A DNA stretch of 64,000 nt, from IMG/VR virus record IMGVR_UViG_3300044695_006401; one strand, given 5' to 3'. The stretch is from a virus. Lineage: Duplodnaviria; Caudoviricetes. A program made the position numbers and the translations under genes. Under the pieces are notes generated by a model, which was given only the letters and a program-made list of their open reading frames with translations, did no database searches and had not been told where the DNA came from. This document shows, one piece after another, positions 1 to 10,506 of the stretch (the first letter of the stretch is position 1; every line of letters starts with the position of its first letter).

Positions 1-1
1 G

Positions 2-3000
2 TTTTATGTTTTTAATCTTGTTAGTATCAATATAATCAGGTGTTGTTCTTTCACCACTTAATACTAAAATTTCAGAGGCATCAGCATTCGGGTCACAAAA
101 ACCTAAAAACGCCTTTTCAAATTCATCTAAAATTTGAGGGTTGAAGGTTCCTATCAATGTTGATATGTTAGGATATAACCCAGGTCCTAATCCGTATGTT
201 ATTCTTTCATCAGGTTGTGGTTTAACTATCGGGTCAAAATAACCAAAATTTGAAAGTCCCCACATACCTCTAACCGAACCATTATACATTGCGGGATTAT
301 TTGAAATGTCTGTTTTCAATTTTTTTGTACCCGTGAAACATTCTAAAACGGTTTGATTGAAAGGGGACCCTCCATTAGATGGTACCGGAATGTATACTTT
401 ATTATTTTTGTCAACCATCGCATTTTTATCAAAAATAAAATACTGATAATAACCATTTACTACAATTGATCGGTCTAAGTTATTCGAGTCTCCACTGTAT
501 GGCATAAAAAATGAAGAATTACTGTTTGTACCTATTCTTAACTTATTTCTATCATAAGCTTCTTCAAATTCCGTGGTAGAATAAGTGTTAAATAAGTTTT
601 CTTTGGTAAAGTACCAATAAAAATCATTTATCAACTTAGGGTAAAATCCTAAATTATATTTTTCAATAAATTGTGTATTTGCTGGTGGTGTTAAAATAGT
701 TTCAAAGGCCTTGAATGTTTGAGTACCCCCTGTATAATTTTTAATAGTATATTGGGTGGACATGTTTCCGAGTGTCGGGTCGTAATAATTTTCATAATCA
801 AAATTTTGCCATACATCATCCAAAATATCAACTGTCTTGTTTGATTCTATCCATGTTTTATACCTATGCCACACAGCACCATATTTCAAAATGTAATGAT
901 AAGGCATCTGATGGATTGCTGAAAATTTACTAAGACTTGTCAATATATCCGTTTTGACATTAGTATTATCCAAAGATTGTATAGTTAATTCTTCATTTAA
1001 AGACGATAAAAATAAATAACCTAAAGCGACATATGGGTTACTTACTCCATTTTTTTCATTATCAATACCTTTCAATAAAGCATTTATAAAATACGGGGTG
1101 TTAACCATAGAGGTAACTTGTTCAGATGTTACCAATCCTGAATAATTAGAATATAATAAATTAAGATCAGTATAATTACTGTATAAATAATCAGGATATT
1201 TAACTGTGAAGTAATTGATAAGATCTATTGAAGTTTTAATTGGGGTTGCACTATTAGGTATTACGAATACCTGTGAATTAAAATTTTTATTTATGTTGTT
1301 TTCGTATGTGTAGTTTAATGTCAATTTGTTTCCTGAAGAATTCTCTTTAAGCCTAGCGACCGTTTTTTTGTCCTCAAAGAAAATAAATGTGTCATCAGTG
1401 TTATAAATAACATTAGGATCATCGGTTTTATATAATCCGTATACATCAAAAAAGTTCAGTTCGTTAGTAGTCGTATCACTCAAATAGTTTTTAAAATTTT
1501 CAACTAATGGTACGCTTGTGTCTAATGTCAAACTTGCACCGTCAATAGTGTCCATACTAAATAGACCATAATCTTTACTTATTAGTGTATTGATGTATTC
1601 CGTAGTAAAATTGTCCCTTTCGTAGTTCCAATATTTTGTAGATGCTCCGTTATTGGAAATTGTTTTCAAATAATCCTCTAAGACAGTTAAATCAAAAGGG
1701 TTGTTTTTTAATTTTTCAAGTAAAAATGGTTTGTTATTTATATTTTTACTTATGTTACTGTACTCAAGGTCTGCAATAAATTTATCTATTTGCGGTCTTT
1801 TGTAGTTACCTCTGAAAAGTTGCGTGTAGTGTGATGTTAAATATGTCCTTTCCCACCATTCATAAAAAAATGAAATTTCACTTGGATCCTCGTATGGGAT
1901 TGTGCTGAACGGAAACTCTAAACTATTAGATGAAGCATAGTCACCCAGTAGTTTTTGATTAACATATGTATACTTTTTACCAACCGGAGCTTTTAGTGTC
2001 CCCGCTTCTAAATATTTTTCAGTAAAGAATACTTCAGGCCAAACCGTTCTGTCAAATGCATTTGTCGTCGGAGCATATGGTGGTGAGCCTAAGTACTGAA
2101 TAACATACTTATCAACACCATCGGTTGTTTTTTCTTTAACAAAGTATGTTGGCCAAGGGTAAACCACATTGTCGGTATTTTGTGATCCCGCATAGTTAAC
2201 TTGATTTTTTGAGTCTATACCAAAGTTGTTACTTGGGGGTAAAACTGTCTGAATTCTTTTTGGGTCATTTCTTTTTTGCCAAGCGTCAAAGTGAGTTTGA
2301 TCCATCAATCTATAGAAAGTGTCTATACCTGCCATAATTATTGCAAATACATTTCTTATTGTTGGTGCAAACCCTAATCCGTCATTCTCATTAATAAGTT
2401 TATTTGCAAGTAAATCAGAAAAATTTTGTTCTATAGATGTTTTCTTGGATTCTAAAGTTGATTTTAGTTTATCAATTTTTGCAAAAAAACTATTCTGAAT
2501 ATAGTTAATATCACCAATCTTTTTTTCCCCATAAGTAAAAAAAGTCGGGCTGTGAGCTGGATCATCTACAATTAATCCAGTATTTAAATCTCTAACTTTA
2601 CCAAAAAGTTCAAACTCTTTGGCTATTTGTGTTTTGTAAGTGTTTAACTCTTGATCGGTAAAATTATTTCTTCCTAATTTTTGTGAAAGACTACTTCTGT
2701 AATCATCTTCGGTCAGGTCTGTGTACCAGAATTTTTTAACAATATCATCTACAGACAAAGAAACAGGAATAGATTGACCTTCAAAAGTAGTATTACCAAT
2801 TTTATATGAACCTTTGTTTTCACCAGTCCCAAAAGATGTGTTATTATTGAGGTCTTTAACTGCCGCGTTAATTTCGGCTTCAATGTCTTTGACAAGTTGG
2901 TTTCTAAAATCAAAGTCAATGTTTCTTTTGTAAGGATAATAAATTTGATTGTTTTTGATGATGTAACTATCGTTATCTAAATAATTTGTAAGAACTTTAT

Positions 3001-4045
3001 TATATACAGTATCAACTAACTCATCAAGTATATTGTTAAAAGTTTGAACATCATTTAAAACAGTAAAGTCACCCTTTTCAATTGATTCTTGTACAGATAA
3101 ATCATAATTCTCCGCTCTCAAAAAAAACTCTTCTATTGTTAGTCTTGGGAAACCCTTTGGGATTAAACCTTTGGATTCGTAAATACCGTACACCTCATCT
3201 AATTTTTGTGCACCTACCGATGTTTGTGTTATTTGGGTATTTACTGTAGCATTTGGCGTGGCACTGTTATTTGTCTGGTCGGTTGTTTGAATATTAGTTG
3301 GAAACATTTTTGGTGCTACGATTCCATAATCCAATAAAGTATCAGCTAGAAGACCTGTTAACTTTCCAATAAACTCCAAACTTATTTGATAGTTTCCAGT
3401 TCCTGAATCAAATGTTGCATTAAAACTCGATAAATTCAATGCGTATCTTATTGCCTTACCATAATACCCTTTGAGTGTTAAATAAAATAGTGGATAAGGC
3501 ATGTTGAAGAACACGGAATAAAGGGATTTTTCACCTTGTTCAAATAAAGTTCTTCCTTGCACATCAATTAATCTCATCGAAACTTTTGGTACACCGATAC
3601 TATTCACCGTCACATTGATTGTTTCAATTCCTAACATTTGAGTGTCTTCATAATTTGAAGTGTCTTTTGTTCCTTTGACATTTCTTACGGCCTGATTTGA
3701 CCCTTCTGCAGTTTTCGCACCTTTACCAGTTAACTGATCAGTATAAGATGTGTCAAAAAACTTTTTACCTTGTGGTTGTAAAAAATTGATGACTAAGCTC
3801 GGGTCGTTAGAACTTGATTTTAAACTAGCAACAGATGTATTAAATATGTCCAATGTTTCTCCAACCGCCAATTTTGTTCTTGGCACAACTTTAGTTTCAA
3901 GGTTAGCATAAATTACTAACTCCTCATGATCGACTAATCGATCTTTGATTACATTATTATCAACAATTTTATTTGGGTCTATTGAAATAATGTTGTCGTA
4001 ATCGGTTTCAATATAAAGTGGTTTTTTTGAAAAGTTATCTGCCAT
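2..4045 (-). CDS. Large virion/baseplate protein (hub-like), >1340 aa, 3'-truncated by the window edge; absent from the ORF track
   Basis: ATG at 4045 (MADNFSKKPLYIETDYDNIISIDPNK...) overlaps the upstream stop. The frame is open at both ends and the track lists no stop-terminated ORF here. It contains GIETINVTVNSIGVPKVSMRLIDVQGRTLF...YPLFYLTLKGYYG and follows the baseplate wedge gene. Confidence 0.6.
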   Translation of the reverse strand, partial: MADNFSKKPLYIETDYDNIISIDPNKIVDNNVIKDRLVDHEELVIYANLETKVVPRTKLAVGETLDIFNTSVASLKSSSNDPSLVINFLQPQGKKFFDTSYTDQLTGKGAKTAEGSNQAVRNVKGTKDTSNYEDTQMLGIETINVTVNSIGVPKVSMRLIDVQGRTLFEQGEKSLYSVFFNMPYPLFYLTLKGYYGKAIRYALNLSSFNATFDSGTGNYQISLEFIGKLTGLLADTLLDYGIVAPKMFPTNIQTTDQTNNSATPNATVNTQITQTSVGAQKLDEVYGIYESKGLIPKGFPRLTIEEFFLRAENYDLSVQESIEKGDFTVLNDVQTFNNILDELVDTVYNKVLTNYLDNDSYIIKNNQIYYPYKRNIDFDFRNQLVKDIEAEINAAVKDLNNNTSFGTGENKGSYKIGNTTFEGQSIPVSLSVDDIVKKFWYTDLTEDDYRSSLSQKLGRNNFTDQELNTYKTQIAKEFELFGKVRDLNTGLIVDDPAHSPTFFTYGEKKIGDINYIQNSFFAKIDKLKSTLESKKTSIEQNFSDLLANKLINENDGLGFAPTIRNVFAIIMAGIDTFYRLMDQTHFDAWQKRNDPKRIQTVLPPSNNFGIDSKNQVNYAGSQNTDNVVYPWPTYFVKEKTTDGVDKYVIQYLGSPPYAPTTNAFDRTVWPEVFFTEKYLEAGTLKAPVGKKYTYVNQKLLGDYASSNSLEFPFSTIPYEDPSEISFFYEWWERTYLTSHYTQLFRGNYKRPQIDKFIADLEYSNISKNINNKPFLLEKLKNNPFDLTVLEDYLKTISNNGASTKYWNYERDNFTTEYINTLISKDYGLFSMDTIDGASLTLDTSVPLVENFKNYLSDTTTNELNFFDVYGLYKTDDPNVIYNTDDTFIFFEDKKTVARLKENSSGNKLTLNYTYENNINKNFNSQVFVIPNSATPIKTSIDLINYFTVKYPDYLYSNYTDLNLLYSNYSGLVTSEQVTSMVNTPYFINALLKGIDNEKNGVSNPYVALGYLFLSSLNEELTIQSLDNTNVKTDILTSLSKFSAIHQMPYHYILKYGAVWHRYKTWIESNKTVDILDDVWQNFDYENYYDPTLGNMSTQYTIKNYTGGTQTFKAFETILTPPANTQFIEKYNLGFYPKLINDFYWYFTKENLFNTYSTTEFEEAYDRNKLRIGTNSNSSFFMPYSGDSNNLDRSIVVNGYYQYFIFDKNAMVDKNNKVYIPVPSNGGSPFNQTVLECFTGTKKLKTDISNNPAMYNGSVRGMWGLSNFGYFDPIVKPQPDERITYGLGPGLYPNISTLIGTFNPQILDEFEKAFLGFCDPNADASEILVLSGERTTPDYIDTNKIKNIK

Positions 4046-4352
4046 AATAAAAAATATGTGTATCTACCGCATTTTTGTAGTCCAAAAGAGCACCTAATAA
4101 TGGATATGGTATAGCTAATATAGTTCCATCAGGTATATTTGTCTCCAATCCACCAAATTCAGGATTAGCCATCAATATTAACCACCCAAAATAAGGTGAT
4201 CCATATTTCTCAAAACTAATCTTATCTAACCTACTTCTATTAGTTCTATAAATGTATTTTTGGTCAGATGGTCTTGTGGGTAATGTCACATAAGGAACAA
4301 CAGTTTGTTGTCCATTAACAAAAAAATTCTGATATCTATTGTAGTATTGCAT
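4035..4352 (-). CDS. LysM/tail-X-like baseplate wedge protein (T4 gp53/P2 gpX-like)
   Basis: RLDKISFEKYGSPYFGWLILMANP...IPDGTILAIP pattern in a baseplate operon. Confidence 0.7.
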   Translation of the reverse strand: MQYYNRYQNFFVNGQQTVVPYVTLPTRPSDQKYIYRTNRSRLDKISFEKYGSPYFGWLILMANPEFGGLETNIPDGTILAIPYPLLGALLDYKNAVDTHIFYYGR

Positions 4353-4353
4353 A

Positions 4354-7300
4354 TTAAACCATTTGTTTTTTCAAGTTAAATAAATTGTCAGTTGAGTCAA
4401 CTGTTGACCACAAGTCGAATAAGTTCTGCTGATTAGCAGGGTTGACCGGGTCTTGTTTAACAAAAGTGAACTTTCTAGTTTTGTTTTTGTTAAAGGTAAT
4501 GTATTTGTTATTAGGGAACTTAGAAATAAAATATTGATTATTGAAGTTTTTAAAATTATCGTCTAATGTCTGTTTTGATTTTTCATACTTACTGAATCTT
4601 CCATTAGGTATTACCGTAGTTTGATTTCCAACTTGAACAGATCCTGACCCTGCATTAATACCTATGTTTGCAAACATAAATGATCTATAATTACTAACAC
4701 TAAGATCTTGAGTTATTGTTGATACAACATCGTCCATAAACTTATTTCTGTCTTGTAAAATTTCTTTTCCAAATATTAAGAAGAATCTAACATCTTGCGG
4801 AACCACAGAATCGATATAAACATCAAAGTTGAAACTGTCATTGTATATTTTAGTAGATCCGCTTGGAATCATTTGATATGTACCATACTTGTCATTCAAT
4901 TCATTAAGATCACTTCCGATTTTTAAAAGATCGTCTTTTAATTCATCATATGTATTAGCGGCGCCAGCACTAGTCGGGTCAACCTCAGTTGTTCCTGATA
5001 TGTCATATATTACTGCACCACCCCTTTTATTTTTATAACCGTCAACCTGACTTAAAACAAAATTGATCTGATCCGAATTTTTGATGAAATTAATTTCTTC
5101 TTGTATTAGTTTAGATGTATTTTTTTCAAGAGATTGTAAGAAAATACTTTTTCTTGAATCGACCATTTCCGTTAATCTTCTTTTAACTTTTCTTGTTGAG
5201 TTATTTGACGCAAAGGATTGGTTAGTGAGTTGTGCTATCAACGGACATAAATCGTTTTCAATATCTAATTTAGCTTGGTCGAAAAGTAAATCAACTTTAC
5301 TTTGGTAGTTCACGGGTTTACCAAATATTTTTACTACTTGTGGTTGTGCTCCCAATAACCAATCAAATTGACCTTCACTATATTTTCTTTCTGCCGTGTA
5401 AAAAATTAATCCACCCCATAAAAGATCGTTTTTAAGATCGGTTAAAGTAGTATTAATATTACTGATATAGTTTTCGGTTGCAGAAATCATGTTATTCATG
5501 TTATCTTTGTAATTGATGTCCCCGATAACCTGTGATGTATTAACATCAAAAGAAGAATTGGTAATAGTACCAATTGTTACCCCACCGTCATTTACCGCAG
5601 GTCTTGTAAGAGGAGGCACTCCGGCTTCATTTTTTATATCTTCAATTAATTGTTTTTCGAATTCAGGATTTAGTTCTTCTGTTTCTGTAGCTCTTTCATC
5701 ATAAACTTCTGTATTAGCATAATAGTTGAAGGATAGAGCATTTTGAAGTTGTGCTACGGGTTCTTTTAGCCCATGTCCTCCAATAAATTTAACATTCATT
5801 GAAATACTCGCAATCATTGGTTGAACTCCAATACCTTCAGGGTTCAAATCGTAAACCGCATTTTCGTAACTAATGTCAAGACTCTCAAAAACAACTTTTG
5901 TATGATAAAAGTCACCTATTCTCAAAATACAAATAGGTGGAGAACCAAAAGCACTATTTGTTACATCATTATAGACTAAAGATGTACCACCTTGTCCTGT
6001 TTCAACTGCAGTTGGTATGGTATCTCCTGGTCTCATACATTGTTGTAAAAATGTCAATCTTGCGTTCAACCCTTCGGGTGTTATTGAGTGGAATATAGGA
6101 TTAAAGTTTTTGATTCTACTTTTGATTCCATCATAAATCATAGGATCTTGTTCACGAATCATTTCAAAATAATCACACTCACTCAAAAGTTTTCTCAATA
6201 ATTTTTTGGTAATTCCTTCTCTTAACTTATTAGTTAAAGTTTGTTTTTTTACTTGTCGTACTACTGGTGAACTTTCTGACTGTGGTTGTGAGTCTGTTAA
6301 TGTATTAATGTCAGCAGCTAATGGATTTGGAATTTCACTGTCTGGTTGTTCTGTAACATCTGTATTTGTACCAACCACCGGTTCTGTTGGTGGTGGTGTT
6401 TGTGATTTTACACCGACTCTAACTCTTCTACACATCATACCCTGAACCGAGTATTTAAGTATTGTTGAGTTACTAAATGGTTTGGAACAGTCAATATCAC
6501 GGTAATCCGTTTCATTAATTTTTTGATTGTCACCATTACTTGAAGTAGAAAATTCAAGTAACTTTTTATCAATCATGTCTTTCATATTTAAATCACCTTC
6601 AGTAAAGTCCGTAATCGTTTTGATTACAGAGTTAGTTCTTCTCTGTGATAATGAATTATTATAGTTAACTGAGCTATTGTTGTTTGAGTTAGCAGATCCA
6701 ATAACATCTAATACTATTTTATTTCCTGAATCACATAGTGTTAATATTTTTGAAAGAAGTTCTTTGAAAGTATCGTATTCTTGTTTAAGGAAGCTGAACA
6801 CCCCCGATATTGAAGTTTTTCTAGTGTCTATGTATTCTGCCAACGAAAAGTTTGCAGGGGCATTTGTAACCGCATTTCCACCATAAAAATATAGTTTATC
6901 TGCGAAGTTATTCCCCCCTCCGTTTATACCGGCAGTACTATAATCTGACTCAGCGTTTATCAATTCAGTATAATATTCTTCATATGAACCACTAGTGTCT
7001 GTCGATCCAGGTTTTGCTTCTTGAAACAATAATTGTATGTCTTGGTATATCTCGGTTTGTAAGTCTTCGGCTATTGTTGTATCAGTTTGTCCAGAACTTT
7101 GTTGTTCTACATTGACACTAGTTTCAATAGTTACTTCAGACTGTATGGTTTCATTTGGAAGTTCTTTAGCTACTTCTTGAAGTGATTCAGTAGATAGGGT
7201 TGAGACTACTTGATAAATGTCGTTCAAACTGAAAGACCCATACTTTTTCAAAAGGTCATAAATATCATACTCAGTACAACCGGCAATAAATGAGTCAATT

Positions 7301-10300
7301 ACTTTTGTAGCAACAGAAGTATTTTGTGACTCTAATTCTCTTTTAACTAAAATATTCATGATCGACGGGTGGTCAACTACAATCTTCCACTTTAGTGACC
7401 CACTTCTTTCCGTACTTTTATATGTGTATATAGGTTCAGGTCTACCTAAAAATGTATTACCCTCCCAATCTGTTCTTGTATTTTCATCAAAAACTAAATC
7501 ATATGGTGGAAACCACATGATTCTACCACCACCTGGACCTATTTCACATCCAGGTAAATCGTCCACAGTATAACCCGGTTTATTAGATGTTCTCCAAGCC
7601 AAATTTTCAATAGAGAACATATATTTTTTTACTCTACCATTTTGTATATTTGTCGAATCAGGTCCTGTCATCGGAGCAATATTCAAGTTATATGTAGAAT
7701 CTAAAACTGAATAAGACGCACCTCTGATATTACCTTTATTGTTTCTTAATTTTCCTTTCTGAAGATTTCTATATGTGTAGTAAGGTCTATCTTTTGTAAA
7801 CAATCTACAATATTCATATCCTTGAACATCCGTCACAGGATTGTCAGGATTAGGTTGAACTGATGTTGGGGTGACATATCTAAAAACTCTTGACCCTTTT
7901 GTCATTTCCATATAACCATCGTTAAAGACTTTGGATACTTGGTTGATTGCATTTCCGACATGTTGTTTTTTGTTTGATGACCTGCTTCCTGCATCAACTA
8001 ACTTTTGTGTAATGTCTAATATTGAACCGTCTGTTAAATTTAAACCAGATGATTTAGATTTATCGAATGTATTTTTTAATAATTCATCTAATCCACTGTT
8101 TGTGGAGTTAACCGCTTGGTTATTAAATCCAACAGGTTGTCCTGGTTTTATATATGTATTATTTGATGTGGTCCATGTAAAGTTCCCAATTAAAGATCCA
8201 CCCCCAATAACGCCCTTTGTGTCTGATGCACCATCAAAGAAGTTTCTTGAGTTGATTCCAAAAAATCGGTTATTAACTTGGTTACCTTCGTATTCTTTAC
8301 CGAGTTCTCCATAGTCAAAAACAGGACCTATACTTGGTTGATCACCCTTACCTAAGGGTAACTCATTTTTAGGACTTACTACATCTCTAACAAAATTTTT
8401 AGTGTTTCCAATATAAAAATTTGGTTTTGGTGCCGACAAGTTTGGGTTCAATAATGATTCAAAATTATAATCGGGTCTGTAAGCATTAAAAAATAATTGA
8501 TCAAACAATAATGATCTTGTTGCTCTTGATGTGTTGGCTAAGAATCTTTCTGATCCTGAATCAATATTGGCCGATAATATTTTATTTGAGAAGTTACTAA
8601 CTAAACTTCCAATACCCCCAATTGGGTTTGCCAATGCCTGACTCAAAAAGTTTCTTTCAGGAAAATCAAAGTATTCACCAGGTATAATCGAGTATGGTGA
8701 GTAAAGTCCAGCGATTCTTGATGTAAAGTTTAAAATGTCACCAACAATTGTTGCGGGTTCAGTAATAGAAAAGTTTTTTTGTATTAAAGGAACATTATTG
8801 GTGGCAACTCCTAAAATATCAAACGGATCTAATGATGGCGTATTTCCTATTCCACCAGACGGAGGTCCTACAGTAGAACTTGTTAAAATAGACCTACCTA
8901 CCGTTTGTTGGTATAATTCAGCAGCAACTCTTGATTTAAACTCTTGTTGAAGTTTTTTTGCGGCAATTTTTGCCAAGTTTGAGTCGTTACTCAAAGAACC
9001 CTCACTACCGTTAGGATTATCACTTGTAAGAATTGCAAAAGGACTATAAGACGAGGCAACAAATGAAAATGTTGTATCACTATTAGCATATGGTCTATTC
9101 AAAGTGTCAGGGAACAATTCATCAATAACTAACGGTTCATAGGTCCCTTCTCCTGTATTATATAGATTTTTAATATAGTTGTATTGAATAGATTGTTCGG
9201 TTGTCTTATTTGGTGCAGATGCCGTAAAGTCATACTCACCCTGATTCGCCTGTGTTTGAAAATTCAAATTAGGATTGATCATGGGTCCAAAACCATTCGG
9301 TTGATCCTCAGGCCCGAAGACATTTGCCAAATAGGATATCAATTGTGATTGTTCAGTAGTAAGGTTCGGAGACGAACCTCCATAACTATATGGGCCTGAA
9401 TTTGGTCGTGTTTGGTTGTTTGTGTTTGGGTTTACTTGACCATTGAACCCTCCGTCAGGTCCAAAAAAGTTAGTCACATATGCATTTGCTCTTGATTGGT
9501 CAGCAGTTATATTTGGTCCATCTGAAACATAATCATAGTCTCCTTGGTTGGATCCGATTACCAATGTCGGGAACAACACTGAGTTACCATAACCATTTTG
9601 TATATTAGTTGGTGAGTATTTGTTCAAGACCCTTAATAGTCCTTCCATTTTATCCCCTTCTAACTCTAACGGACTAAAAATCGCATCAGAAGGTCCATAA
9701 TTTCCCTCGTTAGATTTAGTTTGTTTGTTGACATTAGGGTTTATGGTTTGAGTACTCTGTTGACCCTCAGGACCATATTGGTTAATAACAATTTGTTCTT
9801 CTTTTGATGTTCTACCCTTTTTTTCTAAATCACTTCCTAATGTATCTGAAAAGTCATAGTGACCTTCATTTGGTTTGGATTGTTTGTTAATATTAGGTAC
9901 TACAGTATTTCTACTGTCATTTTGGTCAGGACCATATTGATTTATAACAATAAGTTCAGTTTCTTTCTGTACCCCAAAAGTTTCAAGTAAACTTCCTTCA
10001 GTATTAATATACCCATAAACACCTTTGTTAGATGTTGTATTAAGATTTTTATTTATATCAATTGTATTTCCAAATGAATTTGAAAAGTCTACAGGTCCAT
10101 ATATGTTTTGAACATAAAGTAATTTTTCTGTAGTATCCCCAATAGTTTCTAATTGTGAACCTATAGTGTTTTTGTATCCGTAATTACCTAAATTACTTTG
10201 ATTGTTTTTGTTGATGTTGATTTGAATAGTATCTCCAAATCCGCCAACTGGATTAAATTTATTTTGTTTAATTAATCTTTCTTCCTGAATTTTTTGTTCA

Positions 10301-10470
10301 ACTGTCACATCAGGTAAGTTACTTACCGAGTAATCAACAAGAACAATTTCTGAGGCAACATTTAATATGTCAAATGAAAAAGATCCGTCTACCTTGTATG
10401 GTTCAAGATTACGAACTTGTAATTTTTTTCTGAAGTTTTCAGTCGAATTAAATGATAGTGGGCTATTCAT
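4354..10470 (-). CDS. Giant baseplate/tube-initiator protein (2038 aa): N-terminal ~50-55 aa repeats, tube-like domain interrupted by an OmpA-like domain
   Basis: FLGRPEPIYTY..TERSG and PPICILRIGDFYHTK tube-like motifs; GSAN...YNNSLSQRRTNSV...RRVRV OmpA-like motif; repeated NxYGP...NxGxY units. Confidence 0.6.
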   Translation of the reverse strand: MNSPLSFNSTENFRKKLQVRNLEPYKVDGSFSFDILNVASEIVLVDYSVSNLPDVTVEQKIQEERLIKQNKFNPVGGFGDTIQININKNNQSNLGNYGYKNTIGSQLETIGDTTEKLLYVQNIYGPVDFSNSFGNTIDINKNLNTTSNKGVYGYINTEGSLLETFGVQKETELIVINQYGPDQNDSRNTVVPNINKQSKPNEGHYDFSDTLGSDLEKKGRTSKEEQIVINQYGPEGQQSTQTINPNVNKQTKSNEGNYGPSDAIFSPLELEGDKMEGLLRVLNKYSPTNIQNGYGNSVLFPTLVIGSNQGDYDYVSDGPNITADQSRANAYVTNFFGPDGGFNGQVNPNTNNQTRPNSGPYSYGGSSPNLTTEQSQLISYLANVFGPEDQPNGFGPMINPNLNFQTQANQGEYDFTASAPNKTTEQSIQYNYIKNLYNTGEGTYEPLVIDELFPDTLNRPYANSDTTFSFVASSYSPFAILTSDNPNGSEGSLSNDSNLAKIAAKKLQQEFKSRVAAELYQQTVGRSILTSSTVGPPSGGIGNTPSLDPFDILGVATNNVPLIQKNFSITEPATIVGDILNFTSRIAGLYSPYSIIPGEYFDFPERNFLSQALANPIGGIGSLVSNFSNKILSANIDSGSERFLANTSRATRSLLFDQLFFNAYRPDYNFESLLNPNLSAPKPNFYIGNTKNFVRDVVSPKNELPLGKGDQPSIGPVFDYGELGKEYEGNQVNNRFFGINSRNFFDGASDTKGVIGGGSLIGNFTWTTSNNTYIKPGQPVGFNNQAVNSTNSGLDELLKNTFDKSKSSGLNLTDGSILDITQKLVDAGSRSSNKKQHVGNAINQVSKVFNDGYMEMTKGSRVFRYVTPTSVQPNPDNPVTDVQGYEYCRLFTKDRPYYTYRNLQKGKLRNNKGNIRGASYSVLDSTYNLNIAPMTGPDSTNIQNGRVKKYMFSIENLAWRTSNKPGYTVDDLPGCEIGPGGGRIMWFPPYDLVFDENTRTDWEGNTFLGRPEPIYTYKSTERSGSLKWKIVVDHPSIMNILVKRELESQNTSVATKVIDSFIAGCTEYDIYDLLKKYGSFSLNDIYQVVSTLSTESLQEVAKELPNETIQSEVTIETSVNVEQQSSGQTDTTIAEDLQTEIYQDIQLLFQEAKPGSTDTSGSYEEYYTELINAESDYSTAGINGGGNNFADKLYFYGGNAVTNAPANFSLAEYIDTRKTSISGVFSFLKQEYDTFKELLSKILTLCDSGNKIVLDVIGSANSNNNSSVNYNNSLSQRRTNSVIKTITDFTEGDLNMKDMIDKKLLEFSTSSNGDNQKINETDYRDIDCSKPFSNSTILKYSVQGMMCRRVRVGVKSQTPPPTEPVVGTNTDVTEQPDSEIPNPLAADINTLTDSQPQSESSPVVRQVKKQTLTNKLREGITKKLLRKLLSECDYFEMIREQDPMIYDGIKSRIKNFNPIFHSITPEGLNARLTFLQQCMRPGDTIPTAVETGQGGTSLVYNDVTNSAFGSPPICILRIGDFYHTKVVFESLDISYENAVYDLNPEGIGVQPMIASISMNVKFIGGHGLKEPVAQLQNALSFNYYANTEVYDERATETEELNPEFEKQLIEDIKNEAGVPPLTRPAVNDGGVTIGTITNSSFDVNTSQVIGDINYKDNMNNMISATENYISNINTTLTDLKNDLLWGGLIFYTAERKYSEGQFDWLLGAQPQVVKIFGKPVNYQSKVDLLFDQAKLDIENDLCPLIAQLTNQSFASNNSTRKVKRRLTEMVDSRKSIFLQSLEKNTSKLIQEEINFIKNSDQINFVLSQVDGYKNKRGGAVIYDISGTTEVDPTSAGAANTYDELKDDLLKIGSDLNELNDKYGTYQMIPSGSTKIYNDSFNFDVYIDSVVPQDVRFFLIFGKEILQDRNKFMDDVVSTITQDLSVSNYRSFMFANIGINAGSGSVQVGNQTTVIPNGRFSKYEKSKQTLDDNFKNFNNQYFISKFPNNKYITFNKNKTRKFTFVKQDPVNPANQQNLFDLWSTVDSTDNLFNLKKQMV

Positions 10471-10484
10471 CTATTGTTTTTTAA

Positions 10485-10491
10485 ATAAATA
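10485..10491 (-). promoter_or_regulatory. Late motif TATTTAT (baseplate operon)
   Basis: 14 nt upstream of the ATG. Confidence 0.6.
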
Positions 10492-10506
10492 GATTGAATA
10501 CTAATT

